The translations under genes were made by a program, and so were the position numbers. Below are positions 30,871-40,557 of a stretch of 64,000 bases of DNA, in pieces (within the stretch, counting starts at the first letter, position 1; each line of letters begins with the position of its first letter). The notes beneath the pieces are model-generated. The model saw only the letters and a program-made list of their open reading frames with translations. It ran no database searches and was not told the origin of the DNA. The DNA is taken from positions 1 through 64,000 of IMG/VR virus record IMGVR_UViG_3300020183_000013. One strand, 5' to 3'. Source of the stretch: a virus.

Positions 30871-31278
30871 ATGGCACTTAAAAGAACTGAACTTTTGAAT
30901 ATACAATCAGTAACTGGTATTGCCACTGTTGGTATTTTTACTGTTGGAGTTACTTCAACTGCTGGTGGAGTTGGTATTGCATCCACGACTTATATCCGTA
31001 GTGTTATTATGCATAACACCGGTCTTGGAACTGCCACTTCTTCTCTCTACATTTATCCTACAGGTACATCAACTCCAGTAACTGGTTTGGCTGTCACTGC
31101 ATATAGATTGGCAAGAGTAGACCTTGCTTCTAATGAAACATTCTTCTTTGAGACCAATTATCCATTGGTTTTAACTGGTTCTGATAAGATTGTTGTTGAA
31201 ATTACAGCACCAACATCAGGTGGAACTGGTATTGGCAGCATTGTAAATTATCAAATCATTGGCGATACTGATATTTGA
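30871..31278 (+). CDS. Small fibre adaptor
   Basis: Beta-rich 135 aa preceding a Gly-rich adhesin, as 20704 does. Confidence 0.5.
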   Translation: MALKRTELLNIQSVTGIATVGIFTVGVTSTAGGVGIASTTYIRSVIMHNTGLGTATSSLYIYPTGTSTPVTGLAVTAYRLARVDLASNETFFFETNYPLVLTGSDKIVVEITAPTSGGTGIGSIVNYQIIGDTDI

Positions 31279-31290
31279 GGTTGAAAAACA

Positions 31291-32592
31291 ATGGGTTCAA
31301 GAAGTTCGAATAATAATAAGGGATTTAATAACCGAAGTGACGGACACTTACTGAGTTATTTTAGAAATACTTTTTTTCGTGGTGGAGGTGCAATACCATT
31401 AACATATAGAACATACTCAGTATCACCTTCAACATCTTCAGTAAACGAAGGTTCAACAGTTACATTTACAATAACAACTAATTATGTCGATGATGGCACT
31501 ACGTTATATTGGACACTGAATACTGTTTCGGGAACTATTAACGCCTCTGATTTTAGCGGAGGTGCTACTAGTGGTTCTTTTAATGTTACTGGCGGAACTG
31601 GTTCAGTTGCATTAACATTAGCAAATGACTTAACAACCGAAGGTTCAGAATCATTTCAGTTACAAGTTAGAATTGATAGTACAAGTGGAACTATTGTTGC
31701 TACGAGTTCTACAGTTACTATTGGAGATACCTCTTTATCATTTACCGCATCTGGTGGAAATCCATCAACTCCTGGTGATGGATACATCTATCACGTTTTT
31801 ACTACACCCGGAACTTTTACTGTTGTGGGCTCTAAATCAGTTGAAATCCTTTCTATTGGAGGAGGAGGTGGAGGTGGGGGATGGGATGTTCCTCCTGGAG
31901 GTGGTGGAGGAGGTGGTGGTGCATCTTTAGCAACATTTACTCTAAGTTCTGGTTCCTTTACCGCAGCAGTCGGTGGAGGCGGCGGTGGTGGTTTAAGTGC
32001 CGTTGCTAATACTGGTGGAGGTACTGCGGGATCAAATGGTGGTGGAACTGGTGGAAATGCAGGACCTGGTGGTACTTCTGGTGGCGGTGGTGGTGGAGGA
32101 GGTTGGTCCGGAGTTTATGCTGGATCAACATATTATGTTGCTGGCGGTGGTGGTGCGGGTGGTGGTGGATCAAATGAAGGTAACGCCAATGAAACTCCAT
32201 CTAGAGGTGGTGGTGCTGCAGGAAATGTTTATAGAGCAGATAGTTCAACTGGTACTTCGGGATTAAACTTTCCCGGAGATGGAGGAGGATGGGGAGGTTG
32301 TGGGGGTGGAATAAGTGTGTCAAATGGAACTCAGGGAGGAGGGTCTGGAAACCAGACTCAATATGGTGGCAGTAATTTTGCAAATCCAATAGCATCAACA
32401 TCTGCAACTTATGCAGGTGGTAATGGTGCTGCACCAAATAATCCGACAGCGGGGGGAAGGGCACCTGGACCATACAATCCATGGCCAGTTTTACCAGCAA
32501 CTGTAGGAAATGGTGGATCTGGATCTGCATCACAACCATCTAGTGGATCGTCTGGACAAAGTGGAATTGTTATTTTTAGATATTTGGTATAA
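31291..32592 (+). CDS. Polyglycine adhesin with Calx-beta/Ig-like domain
   Basis: SVNEG..VTFTIT..NDLTTEGSESF domain; GGGG tracts; SGIVIFRY end. Confidence 0.75.
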   Translation: MGSRSSNNNKGFNNRSDGHLLSYFRNTFFRGGGAIPLTYRTYSVSPSTSSVNEGSTVTFTITTNYVDDGTTLYWTLNTVSGTINASDFSGGATSGSFNVTGGTGSVALTLANDLTTEGSESFQLQVRIDSTSGTIVATSSTVTIGDTSLSFTASGGNPSTPGDGYIYHVFTTPGTFTVVGSKSVEILSIGGGGGGGGWDVPPGGGGGGGGASLATFTLSSGSFTAAVGGGGGGGLSAVANTGGGTAGSNGGGTGGNAGPGGTSGGGGGGGGWSGVYAGSTYYVAGGGGAGGGGSNEGNANETPSRGGGAAGNVYRADSSTGTSGLNFPGDGGGWGGCGGGISVSNGTQGGGSGNQTQYGGSNFANPIASTSATYAGGNGAAPNNPTAGGRAPGPYNPWPVLPATVGNGGSGSASQPSSGSSGQSGIVIFRYLV

Positions 32593-32596
32593 AAAA

Positions 32597-32683
32597 ATGG
32601 GTATAAAATCATATACAAATTCCACTACAGTCGTAGGCAAAGGTGGTTTCGGTATCGTTGCAATCAGATATCCATACGTTTAA
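32597..32683 (+). pseudogene. Internally deleted adhesin remnant (28 aa)
   Basis: MGIKSYTNSTTVVGKGGFGIVAIRYPYV* joins adhesin-like N- and C-termini. Confidence 0.6.
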
Positions 32684-32704
32684 TAAATAATCATAAAAAA
32701 TCTT

Positions 32705-33148
32705 ATGGCACACTACGCAGAACTTAATGAAAATAATGAGGTAATCTATGTTGTCTATATGGACAATGAGATTATCACCGATGAGAATGGTAATGAAGTA
32801 GAAGAACTTGGTGTAAACCATCTTCATACTCACCACGGTGCAGACCGTAGATGGGTAAGAACCTCATATCGCGGAAACTTTAGGGGTAAGTATGCTGGAC
32901 AAGGTGATACTTACAACGAAGACCTTGATATGTTTATAGGTCCTAGTCCATATCCTTCTTGGATTTTGAATGAAACTACTGGTCAATGGGAAGCACCAAC
33001 TCCTAAACCAGAAGGTGATTACTATTATTGGGATGAAGATACCACGTCTTGGATGCTACCAGAAGGTTATAATCCAAATGCACGAGATGGTGATGGTGAT
33101 GGAATTGTTCAGGAAGGAACTCCATTTGAGAGACCTGTAGGAACCTAA
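32705..33148 (+). CDS. Adhesin-associated protein (MAHYA family)
   Basis: Paralog of 22155; extra C-terminal DGDGDG motif. Confidence 0.6.
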   Translation: MAHYAELNENNEVIYVVYMDNEIITDENGNEVEELGVNHLHTHHGADRRWVRTSYRGNFRGKYAGQGDTYNEDLDMFIGPSPYPSWILNETTGQWEAPTPKPEGDYYYWDEDTTSWMLPEGYNPNARDGDGDGIVQEGTPFERPVGT

Positions 33149-33170
33149 ATACCTAAAACTATAATATCCA

Positions 33171-33605
33171 ATGGGAAAGACCCGCCAGACTTCGAATTTA
33201 GTTTCTGATAATAATATCTTTGTAGATATTGCCAATGACCGTGTTGGAATTGGTACGACTGTTCCTGGTTATAAGTTAGATATTGTAGGTAATGTCAACT
33301 TTTCCGGAAACTTAACACAAAACGGAGTTGTTTTTTCTTCTGGTGCTGGCGGAACTTGGACATCATATACTGCTGGTATTGCAACAAGTAAATCAGTTGG
33401 TGTTAATACTACAAATCTAGATAATTCAAACTTAACAGGTGCTGGCAATTCATTTAAGGGACTTTATGTTTCAAATGGAATGATTGTTGTTGATAATGTT
33501 CTTTCAGGAAATCATTATATTGGTACGAACTTTAACGGCATAATGGCAGGTCCAGTAACAATCGAAGGGACTTTGACTGTTGATGGTAATTATGTTGTCG
33601 TATAA
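33171..33605 (+). CDS. Fibre adaptor protein
   Basis: MGKTRQTSNL start; C-terminal IMAGPVTI..TVDGNYVVV like 24931. Confidence 0.6.
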   Translation: MGKTRQTSNLVSDNNIFVDIANDRVGIGTTVPGYKLDIVGNVNFSGNLTQNGVVFSSGAGGTWTSYTAGIATSKSVGVNTTNLDNSNLTGAGNSFKGLYVSNGMIVVDNVLSGNHYIGTNFNGIMAGPVTIEGTLTVDGNYVVV

Positions 33606-33617
33606 GGAGAAAGAACA

Positions 33618-34850
33618 ATGACAGTAATTAGACCCAACAGTATCGCAGGTATCACAAGTCTAACGGCTCTTGGAACTGCTATTGACTTTTATAATGTAAA
33701 TGGAACGGGTATAGCATTTAATAATGTCAATCTGAATAACACCAGTGGTATTAGTACTTTTAATAGTATTAATGTAACATCCATTGTTGGTGTAAGTACT
33801 ATTGGTGTTACGACTGCTTATGTAACTAGTATTAATGATGGACCTATTTCTGGATCAAAAAACCGGATCATAAATGGAGATTTTGAAATTTGGCAAAGAG
33901 GAACTTCTGTTACTTTTCTTGATGGGTCAACTAACTTTTATCTAGCAGATCGTTGGTCTGGAACAGCAGAATACCAAAAAGCTCGCCATCAGAGAGTTTC
34001 TATTGCTGATACCTATTCTGGAATGGTCACTCGTTATGCTTTAAGAGCAAGTTCAAGCACAACAGCACAAGCAGCAAGCGGAACCAGAATTACTCTGGGG
34101 CAAAAAATTGAAAACGTGAATATGTATGACTTACGTGGAAAAACTGTTACGGCATCATTCTGGGTCAAGTTTAGTGCGGCAACAGTAAGTAGTAGCACCG
34201 CCACCGCATACGGAAACTGGAGTGCATATTTTGGGTTTCCAACTAGTGTTGATGCGACTTTTGCTACAACAAGTCCGATTACTGGTGTTGGAACTTTACA
34301 ACTTGCTAATGGTGCCTTACCAACTACTTGGACAAAATACAGTATAACTGCTACTGTGCCGTCAAATGCTGGAAATATTGACCTTCGTTTTCTGTTTGCT
34401 AATCTAGGTAATACCGCATCGGCAGATACAGTTTGGTATGATATCACACAAGTTCAGTTAGAAGAAGGTCCAGTAGCTTCTGTTTTTGAGCGGCGCAGCT
34501 TTGGGCAGGAGCTGGCGTTGTGTCAGAGGTATTACTACCGTTTGAAAGCTGGCTCAAGTTATGCCAACGCTGGGGTTGGTCGAGCCTATTCAACGACAAA
34601 CGGGCAATCAATCGTTTCACTTCCTGTATCAATGAGAGCGTTACCAGTAGGCGGTTACTCAGCCTTGGCGGACTGGAACGCTTCACAATCATCAGGAAAC
34701 ATCACAGCGTTGGCTCCAGTGTCTCAGTATTCACTTGATTACAAACAGATGACAATCGACATAACAGCGACGATGGTAAGTGGTCAAGCAGTTATCCTGA
34801 ACGCAAACAACACAACAAACGCTTGGATTGACTGGAGTGCGGAACTATGA
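33618..34850 (+). CDS. Receptor-binding fibre with carbohydrate-binding-like domain
   Basis: Paralog of 25582 (KNRIINGDF.IWQRG..ELALCQRYY..SAEL). Confidence 0.7.
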   Translation: MTVIRPNSIAGITSLTALGTAIDFYNVNGTGIAFNNVNLNNTSGISTFNSINVTSIVGVSTIGVTTAYVTSINDGPISGSKNRIINGDFEIWQRGTSVTFLDGSTNFYLADRWSGTAEYQKARHQRVSIADTYSGMVTRYALRASSSTTAQAASGTRITLGQKIENVNMYDLRGKTVTASFWVKFSAATVSSSTATAYGNWSAYFGFPTSVDATFATTSPITGVGTLQLANGALPTTWTKYSITATVPSNAGNIDLRFLFANLGNTASADTVWYDITQVQLEEGPVASVFERRSFGQELALCQRYYYRLKAGSSYANAGVGRAYSTTNGQSIVSLPVSMRALPVGGYSALADWNASQSSGNITALAPVSQYSLDYKQMTIDITATMVSGQAVILNANNTTNAWIDWSAEL

Positions 34851-35107
34851 CATACAAACTTTCACGGGACGGGTTTGGTCAGCAGTACGTTTTGAGTATT
34901 ACTGAGCAAGGCACAAAAGTCATCCCCTTCGACCCTGCCAACACCGACTATCAGGCATACCTGCGCTGGCTGGAAGACGGCAACAGCCCGCTCCCGGCGG
35001 ATGAACCAGACCCCATTCCCGAACCAGAACCTCTAACTGCTCAACAGAAACTAGAGGCATCAGGACTTACAGTACAAGAACTCAAAGATCTTCTTGGGTT
35101 ATCATAA
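34847..35107 (+). CDS. Tail fibre assembly chaperone-like protein
   Basis: IPFDPANTDYQAYL.W..GN.P.PAD motif; ATGA-coupled to the fibre. Confidence 0.65.
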   Translation: MTYKLSRDGFGQQYVLSITEQGTKVIPFDPANTDYQAYLRWLEDGNSPLPADEPDPIPEPEPLTAQQKLEASGLTVQELKDLLGLS

Positions 35108-35124
35108 ATACCTAAAAAACCACA

Positions 35125-36369
35125 ATGGGAATTCAGATAAACGGACAAACTGATACTATCTCTGCATCTGATGGTGGTTTGTCCATCAGTGGAATGGATT
35201 TATCAGGTGTTACGAGTATTAATGCCTCAGGTATTGGTACTTTTACTAATGGTCCTGTTCTTATAGGTTCTGCTACTTCTACTGGTACTGCATCTCAAAG
35301 ACTTCAGGTTACTGGTGGTGGATACTTTAGTGGTAATGTCGGCATAGGAATCACAAATCCATCCACTAAACTTGATGTTTTTGTAACAAGTGGAAATGCA
35401 ATTAGAGCAATTTCAAATCCAACTTATTCACCTTATCCACTGTCAATTGGAGTAATTGCAGGACTTTCTACAAATGCAGCATCTTCCAATGCTTCTCAAT
35501 TTGCAGCAGCTGGTATTGGTGTAACAAGTGGAGAAATAGGTGTTTATTCTTTTTATCCAACATTTGCAAACTTTCCATCAGATAGAGGTCCAAGAAGAGC
35601 AGTTGATTTAGTTGGTGGATTTGCAGGAGTTTGGGGAACTGAATACTTTGCGATTAATGTTGGTAGAGATGGTTTTTCTAATGATAGTGCTGTTTTAACT
35701 AATGAAAGATTAAGAGTTACTGGAAGTGGTAATCTTGGTATAGGAACCACAAATCCGAGTGTAGTTTTAGATATAGCAACTTCCAATGATGCTATTATAA
35801 AGGCAACCACGACAGGTTCTATTCAATCATCTATGGTTACTTTGATAGGTAAACAAGCAGGAGTAAGTAATGAATGGAGTATAGTATCAACAGGTAATGG
35901 TTTATCTGGTCCTCAACTTCGTTTCGTGAATGGTGGTTGGACCAGTTCTCCGTATATGCAAATAGATTCTTCCGGTAGAGTTTTGAAAGCATCTCAACCA
36001 TATTTTTATGCAAGAGGAGCAAATAGTAACTATACGCTTACAAATGGAGCAGATTTACCATTCAATGATGCTATAACGAATATTGGAAATCATTTCAACA
36101 CAACAAACTATAGATTTACTGCTCCAATCGCAGGAAGATATTTGATTACATGGTCTGTTTTCGTTAACATCGTGGCCGGTAGATGTGTTATTAAAGTAAA
36201 TGGGTTAAATTATAACAATCTTCAGATGGATTCTGGTGCTGCAATGTCACAATCTGCAATACTCTCATTAAGTGCTAATGACTATGTTACGGTTGGTGAT
36301 TGGCAAAGTTTTTCGGGTATGCAAGTTTATATGGGACACTGCCACTTTAGTGGTATTCTTCTATCATAA
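35125..36369 (+). CDS. Receptor-binding fibre with C1q/TNF-like head
   Basis: NIGNHFN...FTAPIAGRYLIT..LSANDYV..FSGILL. Confidence 0.8.
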   Translation: MGIQINGQTDTISASDGGLSISGMDLSGVTSINASGIGTFTNGPVLIGSATSTGTASQRLQVTGGGYFSGNVGIGITNPSTKLDVFVTSGNAIRAISNPTYSPYPLSIGVIAGLSTNAASSNASQFAAAGIGVTSGEIGVYSFYPTFANFPSDRGPRRAVDLVGGFAGVWGTEYFAINVGRDGFSNDSAVLTNERLRVTGSGNLGIGTTNPSVVLDIATSNDAIIKATTTGSIQSSMVTLIGKQAGVSNEWSIVSTGNGLSGPQLRFVNGGWTSSPYMQIDSSGRVLKASQPYFYARGANSNYTLTNGADLPFNDAITNIGNHFNTTNYRFTAPIAGRYLITWSVFVNIVAGRCVIKVNGLNYNNLQMDSGAAMSQSAILSLSANDYVTVGDWQSFSGMQVYMGHCHFSGILLS

Positions 36370-36389
36370 TAAATACTCAAAAAAGACTT

Positions 36390-36662
36390 ATGGATTATAC
36401 TATTACTTTAACCGAAGCAGAAAATAAAGCATTAGAATATGTTACTGCATCTCCACAAGAATGGATTGATAATGCAGCAACCAACAGAGCACGTATTGCT
36501 ATCGATGAAATCTGTGATATCTATGTTAAGCATAAACTAGATAACAATCTTCCTATCACAGTTACAAACAAACCAGATATGGTTCTAGCGGCTTTTGAAG
36601 AGGGATTAGTCACTACAGCAGTACAAAGAAATCAAGAAGCAGCATCTAATACTGTTTCATAA
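36390..36662 (+). CDS. Fibre-associated chaperone
   Basis: MDYTITLTEAE..WIDNA..RARIA; closely similar to 38093. Confidence 0.6.
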   Translation: MDYTITLTEAENKALEYVTASPQEWIDNAATNRARIAIDEICDIYVKHKLDNNLPITVTNKPDMVLAAFEEGLVTTAVQRNQEAASNTVS

Positions 36663-36679
36663 ATACCTAAAAAACTATA

Positions 36680-38068
36680 ATGGCATCTGAACTTAGAGTA
36701 AACAATATCAAGAACAGAAGTGGACTCGGAACAGTCACCTTTGCTGATGAAGGACTGGTTATTTCTGGCATCACAAGTTTAAGTTTAGGTGACACGAGTT
36801 TAATCGTTGGTTCTGCTACTTCTACAGGTACTGCAAGTCAGAGATTACAGGTAACTGGTGGTGCTTATGTGAGTGGTAGTATTGGTATAGGAACCACAGT
36901 ACCGGCACAGAAATTACACATTCAAGATGGTTCGGATGGACTAAGAATAAGTGCAACTGCTGTAGAACAAACTTCATCATCAGGACTTACATTAAATGGT
37001 TCTAATGCTTCTGGTTTTATTGCTTTTAGGGCAGCAGGTAATGAAAGAGCCCGTATAGATTCAAGTGGTAATGTCGGCATAGGCACCGATAATCCACTGG
37101 CAAAACTTCACATCCGTACTACATCCTATACAACTCCGTGTTTAGTTTTTCCAGATGCAACAAATCCAAGATATTCTGTTGGATTTGGAAATGCTAATAT
37201 ATTTGGTGTTGGACAAAGATTAGATTTTTATGCTGGTGATAGTGGTTCTAATACTTCTAATCTTAGCAGTGCTCATTTAAGAATGAGTTTGACTGCCGAT
37301 GGTAATCTGGGCATAGGAACCACAAATCCAAGTTCTTCTCTCCACGTTGCAGGTTCAAGAAACAATTATCCAACGCAACCAGGAGTTCATATTGGTGAAG
37401 GTGGGACAAATGATTTTGCTTTAGACATTTGCTGTCGCAACAGTAGTGCCAGTTCATACATCGACTTTACTCATCCAGGTCAAGACTATAAAGGTCGTGT
37501 TATAAAAACTATGGGAGGTGTTTTCTCTATTCAAAATACAGAAGCAACTCCAATGACTTTATATAATAATGGTGATAATAGAATAATCATTGATAGTTCT
37601 GGTAGGGTGACGATGCCTTATCAACCTGGTTTTTTCGCTTCTAGTGATAATGCTGGTGCTGCTAACCAACCAGCAACTGGTGATACTGCTATGCTTGGAA
37701 CTTTATTCAATATAACTTCTCAAACAGGTGGATTTAACACAGGAAATCATTACAACACTGGAACAGGCATCTTCACAGCACCAGTTGCTGGAAAATACTA
37801 TACATTTTTTAATATGAGATGGGAAACTGCAAACTTTGTTCAAAATAGTTACATTAGAATTTTTATATCAAAAAATAATACTCATACAGTGTTTATTCAC
37901 CAAATTAATGGTACTAATGAAGCTTGGTCTAATTATATGGCGATGTCTTGTTCTGGTATTATGGACCTTGCTGCTGGTGATACATTAAGACCAAAGGGAG
38001 GTCTGAATGGTGGAACTGCACAGGCCTGGTGGAGTGAATCATCTTGGGGCGCTTGGTTATTAGGATAA
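36680..38068 (+). CDS. Receptor-binding fibre with C1q/TNF-like head
   Basis: YNTGTGIFTAPVAGKYYT..LAAGD. Confidence 0.8.
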   Translation: MASELRVNNIKNRSGLGTVTFADEGLVISGITSLSLGDTSLIVGSATSTGTASQRLQVTGGAYVSGSIGIGTTVPAQKLHIQDGSDGLRISATAVEQTSSSGLTLNGSNASGFIAFRAAGNERARIDSSGNVGIGTDNPLAKLHIRTTSYTTPCLVFPDATNPRYSVGFGNANIFGVGQRLDFYAGDSGSNTSNLSSAHLRMSLTADGNLGIGTTNPSSSLHVAGSRNNYPTQPGVHIGEGGTNDFALDICCRNSSASSYIDFTHPGQDYKGRVIKTMGGVFSIQNTEATPMTLYNNGDNRIIIDSSGRVTMPYQPGFFASSDNAGAANQPATGDTAMLGTLFNITSQTGGFNTGNHYNTGTGIFTAPVAGKYYTFFNMRWETANFVQNSYIRIFISKNNTHTVFIHQINGTNEAWSNYMAMSCSGIMDLAAGDTLRPKGGLNGGTAQAWWSESSWGAWLLG

Positions 38069-38092
38069 TAAATACTCAAAAAAGAACTTAAT

Positions 38093-38365
38093 ATGGATTA
38101 CACCGTTACTCTAACTGAAGCAGAAACCAAAGCAATGGAATATGTCGCTGCTGATCCACAAGATTGGATTGATAACGCAGCACACAACCGTGCTCGTATT
38201 GCAATTGATGAGATTTGTGACTTATATGTAAAGCATAAGTTAGATAATAATCAACCCATCACGGCAACCAACAAACCAGATATGGTTTTAGCTGCATATG
38301 AAGAGGGTCTAGTGAAAACAGTAGAAGAAAAAAATCAAGAAGCAGCATCTAATACTGTTTCATAA
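38093..38365 (+). CDS. Fibre-associated chaperone
   Basis: Paralog of 36390. Confidence 0.6.
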   Translation: MDYTVTLTEAETKAMEYVAADPQDWIDNAAHNRARIAIDEICDLYVKHKLDNNQPITATNKPDMVLAAYEEGLVKTVEEKNQEAASNTVS

Positions 38366-38382
38366 ATACCTAAAAAACTATA

Positions 38383-40005
38383 ATGGCACTTAACTTTCCA
38401 GACGCACCTACTGTAAATGAAGTTTATACAGATAACACTTCTGGGTTTTCTTTCAAGTGGGATGGATATGTCTGGCAAAGTTTTACTCCACAATCAACAA
38501 AAGAAATTGTAATTCTTGATGATATTTCTGGTTCTTTTAATGATTCAACTGTAACATTCGCACTTACAGAATCCGGAATACCATTCTATCCTGCGAATGC
38601 ACAACAACTTAGAATTGTTCTTGGTGGTGTAGTTCAAGCGCCAATTACTGATTATACAATTTCATCATCAAATATTACTTTCACAACCGCACCAAGTTCT
38701 GGATTAACATTCTCCGGAGTTTCACTAGGCCCTGCTGTACCGATTGGAACTGCAATTGTTGCTGATGGTTCTATAACACCAATTAAGTTATCGACTGGAG
38801 GGCCTTCTTGGAATACCTCTGGAGATTTATATGTTTCCGGAATTTCAACAGTTACCAATGCTCTTGGTACTGTCAAGATTGGAACTGGAAACACAACGTT
38901 AATTGTAGAAGGAAACACAAGAGTTACTGGTATTCTTACAATTGGAACAAGTTCAGTTACTCTTAATGGAACAACTGATCAGGTTAATGTAGGTTCTGCT
39001 ACAACCATTCATACTAGTGGATTTAGAATCGGAAGTTCTGATTTACACTCAACTGGATTAAGTATTGTCAATTTAAATTCTTCTGGTATTGGTACTTTTA
39101 ATGATATTAACTTCACGGGAACTTTAAATCAAAACGGAAGTCCTTTTGTTGCATCTAGATGGACTGCAGGAACTGGTAATGATATCTACAGGTTAACTGG
39201 TAATATCGGCATAGGAACCACAAATCCACAAGCAAAACTTGATGTGAATGGAACTGCTAGAGCAAATAGATTTACAGTTCCTTATGGAACAGTTTTAACA
39301 ACATATAAAACTAATAATCCTTCTACCAATGTTGCAATTGAAGGATCACCCAATGATAGAGATTTTTGGATATTCAGAGATCCAGCAGACTCTAATTCGA
39401 ACTGGGGAATATATCATAGAAATATTGACTCATCTTTATCAGAGTCTGGTGAATATACTGTTCCAGCAAACAGTATTTCTTTTGTTGGTGGTGGAACTAA
39501 TAGTCCAGGTGTGACAATTGATCTTGCATATGGAGATTTACAAGTTAAGAGAAATATTAAAATAGGAAATGATAATATTATTCAATGGGTGGAAGTAACA
39601 CCAGGAGTAACAGAATGGTCTTTTACTGGTGGTGTAACTTCACAAGCAATTACACTAAATCCATCCACCATACCCTCAACTGCTCGTTATGTTCTTGCTG
39701 ATGTTTTTGCAACTGCTAATTCCAGCGATCACCAGAATTTTGTTTTGGGTAGAAACGTTTTAACAAATCAAACAAACTGGGTTGGATCAAGGGGACAGCA
39801 ACCATCAGGACAATTTGGAACACTAACTCGTCAGGCAATTACTCTTACTTATAATGGTGAAACAGATGGATACAGCCCATTCTTTGGTGTATGGTATTCC
39901 AGTCAACACATACCAACCAGTGGAAGGACAATTTATTTTAATAACTTTGGAAACTCTGGGAGTAATGGGTGGCTTTATGTTCTTGTAAAAGCATATTCTC
40001 TATAA
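38383..40005 (+). CDS. Fibre protein with MALNFP N-terminus and LGGVVQ domain
   Basis: MALNFP.AP..F.WDG..W start; GIGTTNP; unique C-terminal head. Confidence 0.65.
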   Translation: MALNFPDAPTVNEVYTDNTSGFSFKWDGYVWQSFTPQSTKEIVILDDISGSFNDSTVTFALTESGIPFYPANAQQLRIVLGGVVQAPITDYTISSSNITFTTAPSSGLTFSGVSLGPAVPIGTAIVADGSITPIKLSTGGPSWNTSGDLYVSGISTVTNALGTVKIGTGNTTLIVEGNTRVTGILTIGTSSVTLNGTTDQVNVGSATTIHTSGFRIGSSDLHSTGLSIVNLNSSGIGTFNDINFTGTLNQNGSPFVASRWTAGTGNDIYRLTGNIGIGTTNPQAKLDVNGTARANRFTVPYGTVLTTYKTNNPSTNVAIEGSPNDRDFWIFRDPADSNSNWGIYHRNIDSSLSESGEYTVPANSISFVGGGTNSPGVTIDLAYGDLQVKRNIKIGNDNIIQWVEVTPGVTEWSFTGGVTSQAITLNPSTIPSTARYVLADVFATANSSDHQNFVLGRNVLTNQTNWVGSRGQQPSGQFGTLTRQAITLTYNGETDGYSPFFGVWYSSQHIPTSGRTIYFNNFGNSGSNGWLYVLVKAYSL

Positions 40006-40078
40006 TAAATACTCAAAAAGATTATAATGAAGGTGGTATCCAAACTAGAATTAACTCATAAATACCTAAAAAACCATA

Positions 40079-40525
40079 ATGTCTAGAACAAAAGTACAAC
40101 TTGTCGGTGATGCTCAAGGTGGAGCAAACTTTGCTGGTATTGTAACTGCGACATCAGCAAATGTTGGTTCTGGAATTACTCTAAGTGGAACTCAGATTAA
40201 TGTAGGTTCAGCAACGACCATTCATAGTAATGGTTTTAGAATCGGAAGTTCAGACTTGCATTCTTCTGGGGTTACGTTACAAAATGCCAATATTCTTGGT
40301 GTAGTTACCGCAACATCAATTCGACTAAATGGTCAAACTTTATTCAATGGTGTTGGTATTGGAACATTTGGAGTAACAGTAGGAACTGGTGTAACTTTTA
40401 TTGATTTGAGAGGTGCAGGTATTTCCACAGTAACAGTATCATCAGGTATCGCTACAATAAATGTAACTGGTGGCGGCGGAGGAGGAGGAGGAGGATTTAG
40501 TCCAATAAACTTCATCCTTTCATAA
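40079..40525 (+). CDS. Short fibre connector
   Basis: MSRTKVQL start; shares NVGSATTIH.GFRIGSSDLHS with 38383 and GVTFIDL.GAG with 29987. Confidence 0.55.
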   Translation: MSRTKVQLVGDAQGGANFAGIVTATSANVGSGITLSGTQINVGSATTIHSNGFRIGSSDLHSSGVTLQNANILGVVTATSIRLNGQTLFNGVGIGTFGVTVGTGVTFIDLRGAGISTVTVSSGIATINVTGGGGGGGGGFSPINFILS

Positions 40526-40557
40526 AATTAATAAATACTTAAAACACCAGAAGTAAA

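Larger units (their letters stand above)
36629..38388 (+). repeat. 57-bp perfect direct repeat (36629-36685 and 38332-38388)
   Basis: AAATCAAGAAGCAGCATCTAATACTGTTTCATAAATACCTAAAAAACTATAATGGCA occurs twice. Confidence 0.9.

Noticed and set aside
24931-40005. Diversity-generating retroelement acting on the RBPs
   Set aside because: No reverse transcriptase in the window; repeat pairs are identical or differ at synonymous sites, not only at adenines
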